Below are positions 11,001-19,944 of a stretch of 64,000 nt of DNA, piece by piece. The translations under genes and the position numbers were made by a program. Positions within the stretch are counted from its first letter, which is position 1, and the number at the start of each line of letters is the position of its first letter. Location of the stretch: NCBI GenBank assembly GCA_964431605.1, contig CAYSLH010000001.1, positions 22,719 to 86,718 on the forward strand. Direction: 5' to 3'. The notes under the pieces are model-generated. The model was not told the origin of the DNA. It was given only the letters and a program-made list of their open reading frames with translations, and did not search any database. The DNA comes from an uncultured Myxococcales bacterium (GTDB lineage: Bacteria > Myxococcota > B64-G9).

Positions 11001-11318
11001 GCTTCGGAAATTTGCGGCGACGGAATAGACCAGGATTGCGATGGACAGGATAAACCCTGCCAATGTAACGACATGGACGGAGATGGCCATACTCCCATTT
11101 CCTGCGGTGGGCTCGACTGTGATGACACCAACCCATCTATTTATCCCGACGCAGAAGAAATATGCGGCGATGGTATCGATCAGGATTGCAATGGTGCGGA
11201 CATGCCATGCATGCCAGACGAAGGATGTGGATGTGCATCCACGTCCTCTTCATATCCATGGACTACGATCTTGCTTCTTGCCGGTATTTGGGAATACATT
11301 CGGCGCCGGAAGGGTTGA
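8061..11318 (+). CDS. Giant secreted cysteine-rich repeat protein with MYXO-CTERM sorting tail (3 PPC-like domains, 7 Cys-rich ~45 aa repeats, 5 MopE-like metal-binding repeats)
   Basis: AAGGAG RBS then ATG at 8061. Signal peptide MSRLCCILVGIVTLLSTSTDVAAQ. Three roughly 125 aa modules ending YYIAVDG / YYIVVDG (pre-peptidase C-terminal-like). Repeats CxDGxxDCNxDxSDGCE...NCGxCGxxC. CxDxDxDGxxxxxCGGDDCDDxxAxVHPGAxExCGDGIDQDCDG repeats. C-terminus DEGCGCASTSSSYPWTTILLLAGIWEYIRRRKG. Confidence 0.8.
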   Translation: MSRLCCILVGIVTLLSTSTDVAAQVCPDPGLIQCGDSVSGDTSAGSNLNSAYSCTSDSYSGPDANYLLMIDQCVELTLTLNPDYDGALFVVPDRMGTCRTDQCLTGADSGFSGDTETIQATASPGSYFVSVDGYFSWNYGPYTLDVQCTAHPECEDLDSDGYYADDGICPCGNDCVDTDESINPAAEEICGDGIDQDCDGSDSECPECAPNQTLSCDTNSSTDMGSLSNNINSWCGSGSTNWNGNEAIFQFSPQSSVGVRFSTTESEDIDIFVTRPFAEGVCNPQNCITDSKQDQGNESVSFFASAGDTYYIAVDGFYSASPNFDWNASCFDEQCSAGPEISCGQSIDGDTSTGSNNLTIYNGITYDFPAPDDVHTFTANGDMLVSVSITFGQGIDLALLVLEDNGTGCIPENLIAASDLVNDNIHDETLSFQAGAGSTYYIVVDGWTDGDQGPYSMSVQCSAICANGLEDCNGVCADTSSDVQNCGACGVSCSFAHGQPACVQGECSLASCDDGWEDCNSDLSDGCETPLNTNDHCGSCDTSCTSPEFCFDGSCTDQCPDGLTNCDGNCIDTSNDVANCGSCYNECSFAHAQASCVQNTCTMGSCDPDWGDCNLDQSDGCEKDLSSDPLNCGQCNNQCSSPLVCNAGSCTDQCPDGLTNCGGACVDTLSDLSNCGTCGNVCTFDNATGACQNGTCTIQSCNSAWADCDSDAQTGCEVELGTNANCTACGDSCVFSNATGQCTESGCQMTGCSEGFGDCDGLEANGCEAQLGTDTNCSACGDSCAFAHADGSCVQGNCQMGDCWTNFENCNSDTSDGCEADLRSSSNCGSCGHQCQATESCDQGQCVSSCQDLDGDGHLASSCGGDDCNDYDANSYPGAPETCGDGVDQDCNGTDLPCGDCHDNDSDGHQDKACGGDDCDDSDAAVHPGASEICGDGIDQDCDGQDKPCGDCHDNDSDGYQDQTCGGNDCDDSNAAVHPGASEICGDGIDQDCDGQDKPCQCNDMDGDGHTPISCGGLDCDDTNPSIYPDAEEICGDGIDQDCNGADMPCMPDEGCGCASTSSSYPWTTILLLAGIWEYIRRRKG
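10751..11056 (+). repeat. Near-perfect in-frame 153 bp tandem duplication (2 copies) encoding two MopE-like repeats
   Basis: Copy 1 at 10751-10903 and copy 2 at 10904-11056, with a handful of mismatches (GHQDKA vs GYQDQT; SDAAV vs SNAAV). Confidence 0.9.
11223..11315 (+). other. MYXO-CTERM-type C-terminal sorting signal (GCGC, hydrophobic helix, RRRKG)
   Basis: The last 31 codons of the giant protein match the tripartite MYXO-CTERM architecture. Confidence 0.7.
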
Positions 11319-11344
11319 TTGTAACGACCTGGAGGTAATTCAAC

Positions 11345-12229
11345 ATGAGATGGATCTTGAGCCTTGCACTCCTCATGACAACAGCCAGCCCGGCCCTTGC
11401 CTGGGACTTTATCGGTGTCAGACCCATGAGTATGGGTGGTGCACACCGTGCGTTGGTTACAGGAAACGATGCAATAATGCTGAATCCTGCCGGTATGAGC
11501 CTGTTCAAGAGATACTCCATGGAAGCGCAATACCTGGTCAAGCCAGACTGGTCCAATGAAGACGGTCCGGCAGAACACATATTCAGTACGGCCGTGGTAG
11601 ACAATCAAATCGCATCTTTTGCCACCGGCCTGGCATATACGAGGGTCGAGCGTGGAGACAGCAAAAAGGGTAACCGGTATGACATGGCTTTTTCCTATGC
11701 TTTGTCAAACAGTCTCATGTTCGGTACGAATATAAAATACCTGAATTACGATCGGGACGGTAAAAAAGATGCGGTGGATGCCGTTACCATAGACGTGGGC
11801 CTGTTGCTTCACTTCGACATTGGACTGAACCTAGGTGTAGTGGGATACAACCTGACAAACACGGCGGACTACACGGAACATCCAGTCTCCATGGCGGCGG
11901 CTGTCATGTATTCGCCCTTTCGCTCCCTTGAAATCGCCTTCGACTGGTTCATCAACTTTCAAAAACCATTGGATAGTACTGATCCAACCGGTGATAAAGA
12001 AACGGCTTATTCCTATCACTTTGGAGTAGAATATCTTCTTTTGGGACAATTTTTGCTAAGGGCCGGTTATGTCGTAGATCAGGCCAATCCCCTGTATGAC
12101 GATGAGCAGTACTGGACCGCGGGAGTAGGCTACATCAACAAGAGCATCGCCGTGGATTTCGGTTATCAAGGCTCTGTGAACAATAAGTGGAACAACACCT
12201 TCGGCGTTCTGATTAGATTGTTCATGTAG
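11345..12229 (+). CDS. Putative outer-membrane beta-barrel protein
   Basis: Signal peptide MRWILSLALLMTTASPALA with GGAGG RBS. Alternating hydrophobic beta-strand pattern throughout (YTAGVGYINKSIAVDFGYQGS) and an aromatic-rich C-terminus. Immediately downstream of the MYXO-CTERM protein. Confidence 0.5.
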   Translation: MRWILSLALLMTTASPALAWDFIGVRPMSMGGAHRALVTGNDAIMLNPAGMSLFKRYSMEAQYLVKPDWSNEDGPAEHIFSTAVVDNQIASFATGLAYTRVERGDSKKGNRYDMAFSYALSNSLMFGTNIKYLNYDRDGKKDAVDAVTIDVGLLLHFDIGLNLGVVGYNLTNTADYTEHPVSMAAAVMYSPFRSLEIAFDWFINFQKPLDSTDPTGDKETAYSYHFGVEYLLLGQFLLRAGYVVDQANPLYDDEQYWTAGVGYINKSIAVDFGYQGSVNNKWNNTFGVLIRLFM

Positions 12230-13718
12230 AGTTTTTGTTGGTAACCACCAACACATCACTCGTCTCGTCATCATCGAAAACAAGTATTATACCAGGCAGG
12301 CTGTTAGCACCAGGGCTGTAAATTTGAGCATGGGTAGTCGCCCGAAGCTCCATACTCCATACCGGCTCTTGTGAAAAACCCTTCTCGTCACCTGCAAAAA
12401 GTTGGATAACGTCAGGGGTTTTACCAGAACCTCCTCCTGCTTGGCTCAGCAAAACATCCGGCCGACCATCTCCTGTGAAATCCGCGCCAAATATTGGATA
12501 GATGCCCTTGAGTTCCTGGTTGGAACGAAAATTAACCGAGTAAGAAGAGTTGAGTATGATCTGCGGGTTTTGAGAAGGCAGCCCTTTACGACAGAGGTGA
12601 ACATAGAACTTTACATCGAGTTTGCCCGTCATCAAGACCTGCCCCATGGCCATGATTCCCATCTTTACATATGGCCGCACCAAGTCTGTTATACCGTCGC
12701 CATCCACGTCCACCGCCTTGACGAAAGCACCATAGCCATCGGAGGAGATAACCATGTCGGGCTTTTGGGGTAGAACACAACCTGCGCGGGAGAAAAACAA
12801 AAAAACATGGTTTTCAGCATTGGCGATGCCCCCCGTCGCCTTGTTGAACATTATATCCGCATGCCCATCTCCATTGAAATCAGCAGCACATCCCCTTACC
12901 CTTGTTCCTCCATGTCGTCGCTCCTTGAGGGTAATCAAACCAAAAGAACGAACCAGGTCCGGAACGTTGGGAAACTTGCCTCCTTTTCTTTGAAGAAAAA
13001 CCGAAATACTGTCTTTGGAAAAAAAAATGATATCCTTCCGACTGTCTCCATCGAAATCCATGATGTCGAACCTGGGTAACGCGATTCGAAAAAGAGATGA
13101 AAAGTCTCTGGACGACTTTGAATCCTCAACTGAAGAATACAGGCTCTCCCTTGTCGGGACCCTCATCATGGCATTGAGTCTCCACTCACTACCATGCGGC
13201 TCGTACAGGCTCAACATTCCAATGGGGACAGTTGGTAAAACTATTCCTATTTTACCTTGACCCATATCCACCAAAAGTTTGATCCGTGGAATGAAATCTC
13301 CTCCGGGCAAAGCTGCCAGGGTCATAACCCTGAGTAAACTACGCGGAGTTTTTTCCAGGACTCCACCCTTTTGTCCTTTGAGATATTCGACCCCTGATGC
13401 ACACAGCAACAGCACATCTGCCCTACCATCCCCGTCCACATCCCCAACGTCGATTCCAGCCGTATACCTTGGCAGGGACAACACCTGGTATGCCTGCTTT
13501 TTTTCAACTCTTTCTGCTCCACTATATACGGAGACTCGATGTTTCTGTTTCGGAAATATCCCCTGGCGCCAAAAAACCAAAATTTCGTTATTGCCATCAC
13601 CGTCAAGGTCAGCAGGGACTATGGAGTTTATGTGACCTGGTATCTTCAATTCCAACCTGTCCATAAAGATGCCTGATGCGGCCATGATAAAAAATACCGA
13701 GGAGATTATCCCTGTCAT
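12222..13718 (-). CDS. FG-GAP repeat protein (integrin-alpha-like beta-propeller), membrane-anchored
   Basis: Multiple DxDGDG motifs (DLDGDGNNE, DVDGDGRADV, DFNGDGHADI, DVDGDGITDL, DFTGDGRPDV). N-terminal hydrophobic anchor. Start overlaps the stop of the upstream ABC ATPase (ATGA). Confidence 0.7.
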   Translation of the reverse strand: MTGIISSVFFIMAASGIFMDRLELKIPGHINSIVPADLDGDGNNEILVFWRQGIFPKQKHRVSVYSGAERVEKKQAYQVLSLPRYTAGIDVGDVDGDGRADVLLLCASGVEYLKGQKGGVLEKTPRSLLRVMTLAALPGGDFIPRIKLLVDMGQGKIGIVLPTVPIGMLSLYEPHGSEWRLNAMMRVPTRESLYSSVEDSKSSRDFSSLFRIALPRFDIMDFDGDSRKDIIFFSKDSISVFLQRKGGKFPNVPDLVRSFGLITLKERRHGGTRVRGCAADFNGDGHADIMFNKATGGIANAENHVFLFFSRAGCVLPQKPDMVISSDGYGAFVKAVDVDGDGITDLVRPYVKMGIMAMGQVLMTGKLDVKFYVHLCRKGLPSQNPQIILNSSYSVNFRSNQELKGIYPIFGADFTGDGRPDVLLSQAGGGSGKTPDVIQLFAGDEKGFSQEPVWSMELRATTHAQIYSPGANSLPGIILVFDDDETSDVLVVTNKNST

Positions 13719-14533
13719 AACTCCACCCTCTGACCAGGCACCATGGGCGTAAAGAGCCTATGGCCCGTAATCTCGTTTACCCCAACGTAGATATCAATCC
13801 CGAAAACCTCTTTCAGATTCTTGTAAGTCATAACAGATTCCAGAGTTCCGCTGGCAGCGAGTCTTCCATTCTTCAAAAGGCAAAACTTCTCTCCAAAAGC
13901 TGAAGACAGGTTCAAATCATGCACCGCTGCCAACACGGCCACCCCGGTATTCTTTCTGATCCTGTCCACCAGGGCATATAGATCGACCTGGTGTTTTATA
14001 TCCAGGTGTGCGGCTGGTTCATCGAGTAGCAGCAGCCTGGGTTGCTGGGCAAGGGCCTTGGCTACAACAACCCTCTTGAGTTCTCCTCCTGAAATTTCAG
14101 AAATTCGTCTGGAGGCCAACTGCAACACACCCGTGTCAGCCATGGCCTGTTTCGCTATATCCAAGTCCAGCTTTTTATCAAGAGCCCATGGACCCTGGTG
14201 AGGCACTCTCCCCAACAGCACCACCTGTTGCACAGTAAACGGAAAAGCCACCTCAAATTGCTGAGGCACCACCGCTACTGTCCTGGCCAAGTCCCTTCGA
14301 TCCCACAGGTCTATGTTTTTTCCAAATATCTTCACGACCCCGCTGTCCGAGTCAAGAGCGCCGGAGAGCAATTGTATCAAGGTACTCTTTCCAGAACCAT
14401 TGGGTCCCAACAGACAACAAAAGGTCCCTGCCTCCACCACTAAGTCGACGCCTCCTAACACCTGACGCCTATCATAGGAAAAACGCAGGTCCGCAGTCTC
14501 TATGGCGTAAGGACTGCCTTGTTCTTTGTTCAT
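13715..14533 (-). CDS. ABC transporter ATP-binding protein (FecE/BtuD-like iron-siderophore/cobalamin importer ATPase)
   Basis: Walker A GPNGSGKST, ABC signature LSGGE, Walker B LLLLDEP, H-loop. Confidence 0.85.
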   Translation of the reverse strand: MNKEQGSPYAIETADLRFSYDRRQVLGGVDLVVEAGTFCCLLGPNGSGKSTLIQLLSGALDSDSGVVKIFGKNIDLWDRRDLARTVAVVPQQFEVAFPFTVQQVVLLGRVPHQGPWALDKKLDLDIAKQAMADTGVLQLASRRISEISGGELKRVVVAKALAQQPRLLLLDEPAAHLDIKHQVDLYALVDRIRKNTGVAVLAAVHDLNLSSAFGEKFCLLKNGRLAASGTLESVMTYKNLKEVFGIDIYVGVNEITGHRLFTPMVPGQRVEL

Positions 14534-14569
14534 CTATATCTCCCACTTATCCGCATCGAGCATACTACC

Positions 14570-15481
14570 ATGGACCTGGACGAGCCAATAGTGCTATCAT
14601 CCGTTGGTATGAACGGAGTTTTTCTATCTGGAGGGGGTGCTCGAGGAGCCTACGAAGTGGGAGTTCTAAAAACACTCCTTTCGGAGGGACCGCCCATCTC
14701 CATTATTGGAGGCACCTCTGTTGGCGCTCTCAATGCCATATTGGCCGCCACCGGTCAACTAGACGAGCTTACCGAAGTTTGGAACCATCTCTCGACTCTG
14801 AAGATCTGGCGTCCGCGACTGGATGTATGGAACCTGCATAAATGGCATTCATTGACCAGTACCTCCGGATTGAAAAAGCGCCTCAAGGATCGTGTCCACT
14901 GGGCCAAGATTGCACACTCTCGAATACAGGTTTTCATAAGCGCCACAAACATCAGCCTGAAAAAATCAGAGACCTTCTCGAACGCAGACATTACATACAG
15001 ACACGTTATGGCTTCATCGGCCATTCCTTTACTGTTCCCGCCTGTCCGAATAGGCAAGTATTGGTATGTGGATGGCGCCTTTTCCCTGCTGAGACCATTG
15101 AAGCCCATACTCAAGGCGGGAGCTGAACGTATTTTCACTGTATTTCTCAGCCCCAGACGCCCTCGTATCAAGAATATTTCCAACCTGTTCGATCTGTCCG
15201 ACAGGGTGTTGGAGGTAATACTGTCTTCGGCCATAACACAGGACAGGGCTCAGATTGAAAATACCAATGCAGAGATCGAAAGGCTCAAATCTTCGAATAT
15301 CGATCCGGCTCTTTTTCAGCATAAGCCATACAGACCAGTGGAGATCGTTGCCATCTATCCATCCCGAGACCTTGGAACGGTTACTTCCTATATCCGATTT
15401 TCCGGTTCGAAGGCAAAGGAACTCATCGAACTGGGAATGAGCGACTGCTACCAGGTGCTGCAACGAAAAGGGCTGGTGTGA
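14570..15481 (+). CDS. Patatin-like phospholipase
   Basis: Oxyanion GGGARG, nucleophile elbow GTSVGA (GxSxG), catalytic DGA (YVDGAF). Start codon uncertain (14519-14612). Confidence 0.75.
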   Translation: MDLDEPIVLSSVGMNGVFLSGGGARGAYEVGVLKTLLSEGPPISIIGGTSVGALNAILAATGQLDELTEVWNHLSTLKIWRPRLDVWNLHKWHSLTSTSGLKKRLKDRVHWAKIAHSRIQVFISATNISLKKSETFSNADITYRHVMASSAIPLLFPPVRIGKYWYVDGAFSLLRPLKPILKAGAERIFTVFLSPRRPRIKNISNLFDLSDRVLEVILSSAITQDRAQIENTNAEIERLKSSNIDPALFQHKPYRPVEIVAIYPSRDLGTVTSYIRFSGSKAKELIELGMSDCYQVLQRKGLV

Positions 15482-15485
15482 TTGC

Positions 15486-16559
15486 TTATCCCATGAACGC
15501 GGTTTGGTGTCGCTTCCTGAGCAGAAAAAGAAAAAACGGTCCACCGAGAAACGCAGTAATGACTCCTACTGGAGGTTCGGTGGTCAGAGGAATGAACATC
15601 AACCTCGCCAAAAGGTCCGCAAGGACGAGAAAGGCCCCCGCGCCCAGTGCTGATGCAGGTAGCAACAGTCTGTGATCAGGCCCGAGCACCAATCTGCATA
15701 AATGAGGTACGATAAGGCCCACGAAACCTATGAGACCTGATACGGAAACGGCCAATCCCGTCAGAAGAGAAGCGCCAAAAAAAACCCAAATCTTAGCCCG
15801 CTCCACATTTACTCCCAGCTGAGCCGCGCCTTGTTCACCAAGGCTCAATGCGTTCATGGCCGAGGTGTGAAAGGATAAAACTCCGATACCTATGACTACA
15901 CCAATTGCCAACAGACACAATGTGGAATAATCGGGAGAACCCAGGGTTCCCATGAGCCAGAACAACATCTCCTGGGCCTTTGTTGCCGTTACCACTGCCT
16001 TGAGGAACATGATCACCGCAGAAGCAAACGAGTTGAAAACTACCCCGACCAAAAGGATTGTGGTCGTGTGGATACTTCCCCCTACTATTGCCATTCGGTA
16101 AACCAAAACCGTCGCCACCGCGGCACCTAAAAAAGCCGCCGGCCCTTGTAAAACAAGACCGGCCCCAATACCACCAAAAAACACTATAGCTAAGGTTCCT
16201 CCCAAAGCGGCCCCCCCTGAGACGCCCATTATAAATGGGTCTGCCAGAGGATTTCTCAAGAAAGACTGAAATGCCACCCCCACCGAGCCAAGAGCCATTC
16301 CCACCAATGCCGCCAGCAGAGTTCTTGGTAACCTTAGCCAAATTACGGTCGCAGCCACAGGATTGGTGCTTGGATCCAAGGGAAAAAGATCAGAAAGGTG
16401 AACTCCACCTGGTCCGAATACCGAGCCAGCCACCAAGCAAATGCACAGAAAAAAAAGCAAGCCGACATTGACCAATAGAAATCTTTGCAATGATAACGTA
16501 TTGGTGGTGGTCTTTTCTGTCATGGACCAACATACTAACACCAGTAGACCAAGACTCAA
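15486..16559 (-). CDS. FecCD/BtuC-family ABC transporter permease
   Basis: Nine or ten predicted TM helices with the FecCD signature pattern. Convergent with the patatin gene (5 bp apart). Confidence 0.8.
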   Translation of the reverse strand: MSLGLLVLVCWSMTEKTTTNTLSLQRFLLVNVGLLFFLCICLVAGSVFGPGGVHLSDLFPLDPSTNPVAATVIWLRLPRTLLAALVGMALGSVGVAFQSFLRNPLADPFIMGVSGGAALGGTLAIVFFGGIGAGLVLQGPAAFLGAAVATVLVYRMAIVGGSIHTTTILLVGVVFNSFASAVIMFLKAVVTATKAQEMLFWLMGTLGSPDYSTLCLLAIGVVIGIGVLSFHTSAMNALSLGEQGAAQLGVNVERAKIWVFFGASLLTGLAVSVSGLIGFVGLIVPHLCRLVLGPDHRLLLPASALGAGAFLVLADLLARLMFIPLTTEPPVGVITAFLGGPFFLFLLRKRHQTAFMG

Positions 16560-16611
16560 GTTTACCGTTGGCAGCTAACGTGCTAGGTGTAATCTATCTG
16601 GAGAGAGTGGC

Positions 16612-18423
16612 ATGACGGAAGAACAATTGATATCAGCCTTTCCTGAGCTCAAAAAAATCCTGGATTCCCGTCCTGAACTTCGTGAAAGCTTCAACTTGAT
16701 CCTCTCTCACAACCTTCAGGGCTCCATGGTTCGTTACTTGACCGGTTGTTCCAGATCGACTTTAGAGACGTTCCTGGAGCAAGTGAAAAAAGTAGATCCT
16801 ATTCGAATAAAAAAACATCGCACTGCCTTGGAAAAACACACCCAACAGCACCTCGGTATCAATGACGTATTTCCTATTAAAATGGTTACTCTCGAAGAAC
16901 AAGCGAAACGTTCGGAACGCGACTACCGGACTGGAATCAAGTCCCTAAGGCAAGGCTCCATTGCGTCTGTTGCTTTTGCCGGTGGATCTGGAACCAGGTT
17001 TTTTTCACATCTATCTTCTTTGAAATCTCTCCATGGCCAAACAGGAACTGTTCAGGCCGAAAATTTTTCTCCTGATGACCCAAAGGGCGCTTTTCCCATT
17101 TCACCTGTTGGCGGTCTGAGCTTTTTCGAAATCATAATTGCAGAGGCTTTATCCATCGGGATCGAAACCGGACACCTGCCATGGGTCGTGTTTCTCACTT
17201 CAAGCGTCACTCACCAAAAAACCTTGTCTTTTCTCATGAACCGCAACATTTGGGGTTTTCCTAAAAATGGTTTCTTGTTGATTCAGCAGGCACAGGAACC
17301 CAGGTTGGACGAACAGGGAGACCTGGTGATAGCAGATACGGATGGTCACCTGGCCTGGACAGGAGATGGGCATGGTGGCGTCTACAGAGCTTTATTAGCC
17401 AAGAACGCACGGGGATCGAGCGCCCTGGAAATACTTCGATCCCACGGGGTCAAGCACTTGGTGATGCACAACGTGGACAACGCGGCTGCGAGACCGTTTG
17501 CTCCCAATAGGATCGGTTTTCATGTAGCAAAAGACTCCTTGTTTACCCTATCTGTAACTAGAAAAGTCAACCCTGACGAAAAAGTCGGCGTTCTCATGCA
17601 ATTGGTAAAATCCAATCGCACGGAGGTGGTGGAATATAATGTCATAGACAGAGAACTGGCCCACGCCACTGACCCGACCACCGGAAGGTTGATGCACGAG
17701 GCTGGAAACATCAATACCAACATCGTTTCTCTCGATGCTGTTCGTTCGGATATAGAACCTACTCTCTACCGGGGTAAGATCGTCTCTTCATCCATCGGCA
17801 AGGTATCGAGCAGCTCTCTTGAAATGCTTAACCAGCATCTTACCAGATTGCTTCCTTCAGACAGGGTCTTTGCTCTGGAAGTGAATCGTGACGAATTTTT
17901 CATGCCGACTAAGAACGTAACTGGTGATGATTCTGTTGTAACGACAAGAGAGATGATGTCTCGCAGATTTAGTAGAATGTTGACTCTTGCTGGTGCCCAT
18001 GTAGATGGTCGTGCCATATGCGATCTCCATCCTTGTTGCTCCAACGTAAAGATCCTTGAAAAAATTGGAGTGGGACCCGGTTGGCATTTGGATGCTTTTT
18101 CGCACGTTTATTTTTGTGCAGCCATGTCTACAGAAAAAGACGCTCCAGTGGTTGATGGAAATCTTTACCTGGAGAGGGGATCGAGTCTTGTGGTCGACTG
18201 CGAAAAACCTTGGGGTGAACTGAGCATGGATTCTGAAAGGCGGATTATTCAAGATTCCAACGCTGCATCCAGGTTGAAAATTGGGCCTGGCTTTAGGATA
18301 ACTCCCGGAGTCCATGTAAAAATAAAGATCGGCCCCGGCGCAAAGCTGAAAATCGGAAAAGGAATAGAGTTTACAGAAGATACGCAAATCGAACTGGGGC
18401 CTGGTCATGAGTTGGAAATCTGA
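16612..18423 (+). CDS. UDPGP-family nucleotidyltransferase (UTP-sugar-1-phosphate uridylyltransferase-like)
   Basis: AGGSGTRF glycine-rich nucleotide loop, NVDN motif and UDPGP-like core in a 603 aa protein. Confidence 0.55.
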   Translation: MTEEQLISAFPELKKILDSRPELRESFNLILSHNLQGSMVRYLTGCSRSTLETFLEQVKKVDPIRIKKHRTALEKHTQQHLGINDVFPIKMVTLEEQAKRSERDYRTGIKSLRQGSIASVAFAGGSGTRFFSHLSSLKSLHGQTGTVQAENFSPDDPKGAFPISPVGGLSFFEIIIAEALSIGIETGHLPWVVFLTSSVTHQKTLSFLMNRNIWGFPKNGFLLIQQAQEPRLDEQGDLVIADTDGHLAWTGDGHGGVYRALLAKNARGSSALEILRSHGVKHLVMHNVDNAAARPFAPNRIGFHVAKDSLFTLSVTRKVNPDEKVGVLMQLVKSNRTEVVEYNVIDRELAHATDPTTGRLMHEAGNINTNIVSLDAVRSDIEPTLYRGKIVSSSIGKVSSSSLEMLNQHLTRLLPSDRVFALEVNRDEFFMPTKNVTGDDSVVTTREMMSRRFSRMLTLAGAHVDGRAICDLHPCCSNVKILEKIGVGPGWHLDAFSHVYFCAAMSTEKDAPVVDGNLYLERGSSLVVDCEKPWGELSMDSERRIIQDSNAASRLKIGPGFRITPGVHVKIKIGPGAKLKIGKGIEFTEDTQIELGPGHELEI

Positions 18424-19918
18424 TTTCTTTTTCCTCTTACTTTGTGTTTCAGTACCTGTTGCTTCCTGCCAAAAAGACAAAACAACCCGAAATTTTTCTG
18501 ACAAAAAAAACGATGTACGTATTTTTAAAAGACTCTGTGGCTTGGAGCTGGCAGAACCATACAATGTTTCATTCAGGCTCGTGGATGATGAGATCACCAC
18601 GACGGTCCAGGGATGCACAGGATCTTTCATTTTGGGCAATCGAGCTTCCACCAAGCCCAAAAAGTGTTCAATCAAAATTAGTGGCCCTTGCGTTTCTGAG
18701 CAGAATATTTTTTCCAGGTATGGGATCAAAGATGCCGATCGGTTCAAGAAGAAATCATTAGGTGAACACCTTGTAAGCATCTCCTACCATGTGCCGGGAA
18801 GATCTTATGGTGTAATCTCCATTGAACCTGCGGTTGAGATACACAGTGATCCATACTCTTTCAGCCAGGATTCGTTGAAATTCGACCTGTCTCATATCGC
18901 AATCCTGAGAAAAAAAAATCATATCCCACTGCTTCGATCACTTGCTCCTGATGGACTGATAAAAATCGTCAACCATGCTGACACTTCGAGACGGTTTAAG
19001 TTTATTCTCGAAAACTACTCAGATGCTCTAAGCAGCATGGAACATGTAAACGTTATTACGTTCAGCTCGAAAAAGAAGGGCAAGCTTTCATATCTTCTCG
19101 AAGGAACTTTACCAGCCAAACAGTCGGCACTGATCAAAATACTTCCGAGAAAGATATACAGACCTTGGAGTTTCGCCTTTGGTGGGGATGTGAAAGACGA
19201 GATAGGTATTTTTCTCCAGCTTCTGGAGCAACTTTTACTGACTCACAGCCCTTTGTTCATTATCGAAGCCGGAGACTACACTAGAAACAGCCTGCCCAGG
19301 GAACTTCATAACTATTTCGAACGAACCAAATGGCTCCCAATTCCAGTTTACTTCGTCAAAGGGAACCATGAAATAAGGGTCCAGGGGGAAAAACACTACA
19401 GTCGGATGTTTGGGCCATCAAGGTATAGTTTTTCCTTTGATGATGTTCTGTTTGTAATCCTGGATTCGACCGACTATGGAACCAATGGCTCAGAGACCGG
19501 CTTTCGTCTTGGCAACGATCAACTTAGCTGGTTGGAAACTGTTTTGAAATCCAACAGGTCTGTGAAGTATTCGTTCGTCTCTCTCCATACTCCCCCAGTT
19601 CCTTTGCACGGCCCATCTCTCCGCCCCAGCTACCCTTCCAACATGATATCCTCAGAGGCAACTTCATTGATGGATCTATCAAAAAAATACTCGGTGACAT
19701 ACGTGCTTTCCGGTCACGCACATCTTTATGCAAGGAAAGAAATAAATGGAACCGTTTACCTCACCAGTGGAGCTGGTGGTGCAAAATTACATACCTATAA
19801 CAAAGTAGATGGGTTCGACTTAGACACAAAAAAACACCTCATGGTCTTTGAAATCACCAATTCAGGAATAAGGGAAGAACGGGTTTTTCTACCCAGAGAT
19901 AAACTACAGAGTGAATAA
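18407..19918 (+). CDS. Metallophosphoesterase (calcineurin-like) lipoprotein
   Basis: Lipobox LLLCVSVPVASC. Phosphoesterase motifs GDY, GNHE, GHAH. Overlaps the upstream gene by 17 bp. Confidence 0.7.
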   Translation: MSWKSDFFFLLLCVSVPVASCQKDKTTRNFSDKKNDVRIFKRLCGLELAEPYNVSFRLVDDEITTTVQGCTGSFILGNRASTKPKKCSIKISGPCVSEQNIFSRYGIKDADRFKKKSLGEHLVSISYHVPGRSYGVISIEPAVEIHSDPYSFSQDSLKFDLSHIAILRKKNHIPLLRSLAPDGLIKIVNHADTSRRFKFILENYSDALSSMEHVNVITFSSKKKGKLSYLLEGTLPAKQSALIKILPRKIYRPWSFAFGGDVKDEIGIFLQLLEQLLLTHSPLFIIEAGDYTRNSLPRELHNYFERTKWLPIPVYFVKGNHEIRVQGEKHYSRMFGPSRYSFSFDDVLFVILDSTDYGTNGSETGFRLGNDQLSWLETVLKSNRSVKYSFVSLHTPPVPLHGPSLRPSYPSNMISSEATSLMDLSKKYSVTYVLSGHAHLYARKEINGTVYLTSGAGGAKLHTYNKVDGFDLDTKKHLMVFEITNSGIREERVFLPRDKLQSE

Positions 19919-19944
19919 ACAAACGAAACAGGTTCAAACCTTCA

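Noticed and set aside
10751-11056. Considered whether the tandem direct repeats (here and at 55628-56035) could be CRISPR arrays
   Set aside because: The repeats are 153 and 168 bp, contiguous with no unique spacers, and maintain an open reading frame encoding Cys-rich protein modules. There are no cas genes in the window.
9322-11136. Long minus-strand ORFs (9322-10092, 9948-10283, 10267-11136) antisense to the Cys-rich giant gene
   Set aside because: They lie entirely within a strongly supported plus-strand CDS with clear domain structure. Their translations are Arg/His/Ser-rich low-complexity, typical of reverse-strand artefacts of GC-rich Cys/Asp/Gly codons.
14519-15481. Patatin gene as a CBASS/defence effector
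   Set aside because: No CD-NTase/cyclase, no SMODS or Cap genes, and no other defence genes adjacent. Its neighbours are ABC transporter parts. It is more likely a housekeeping or lipid-remodelling phospholipase.
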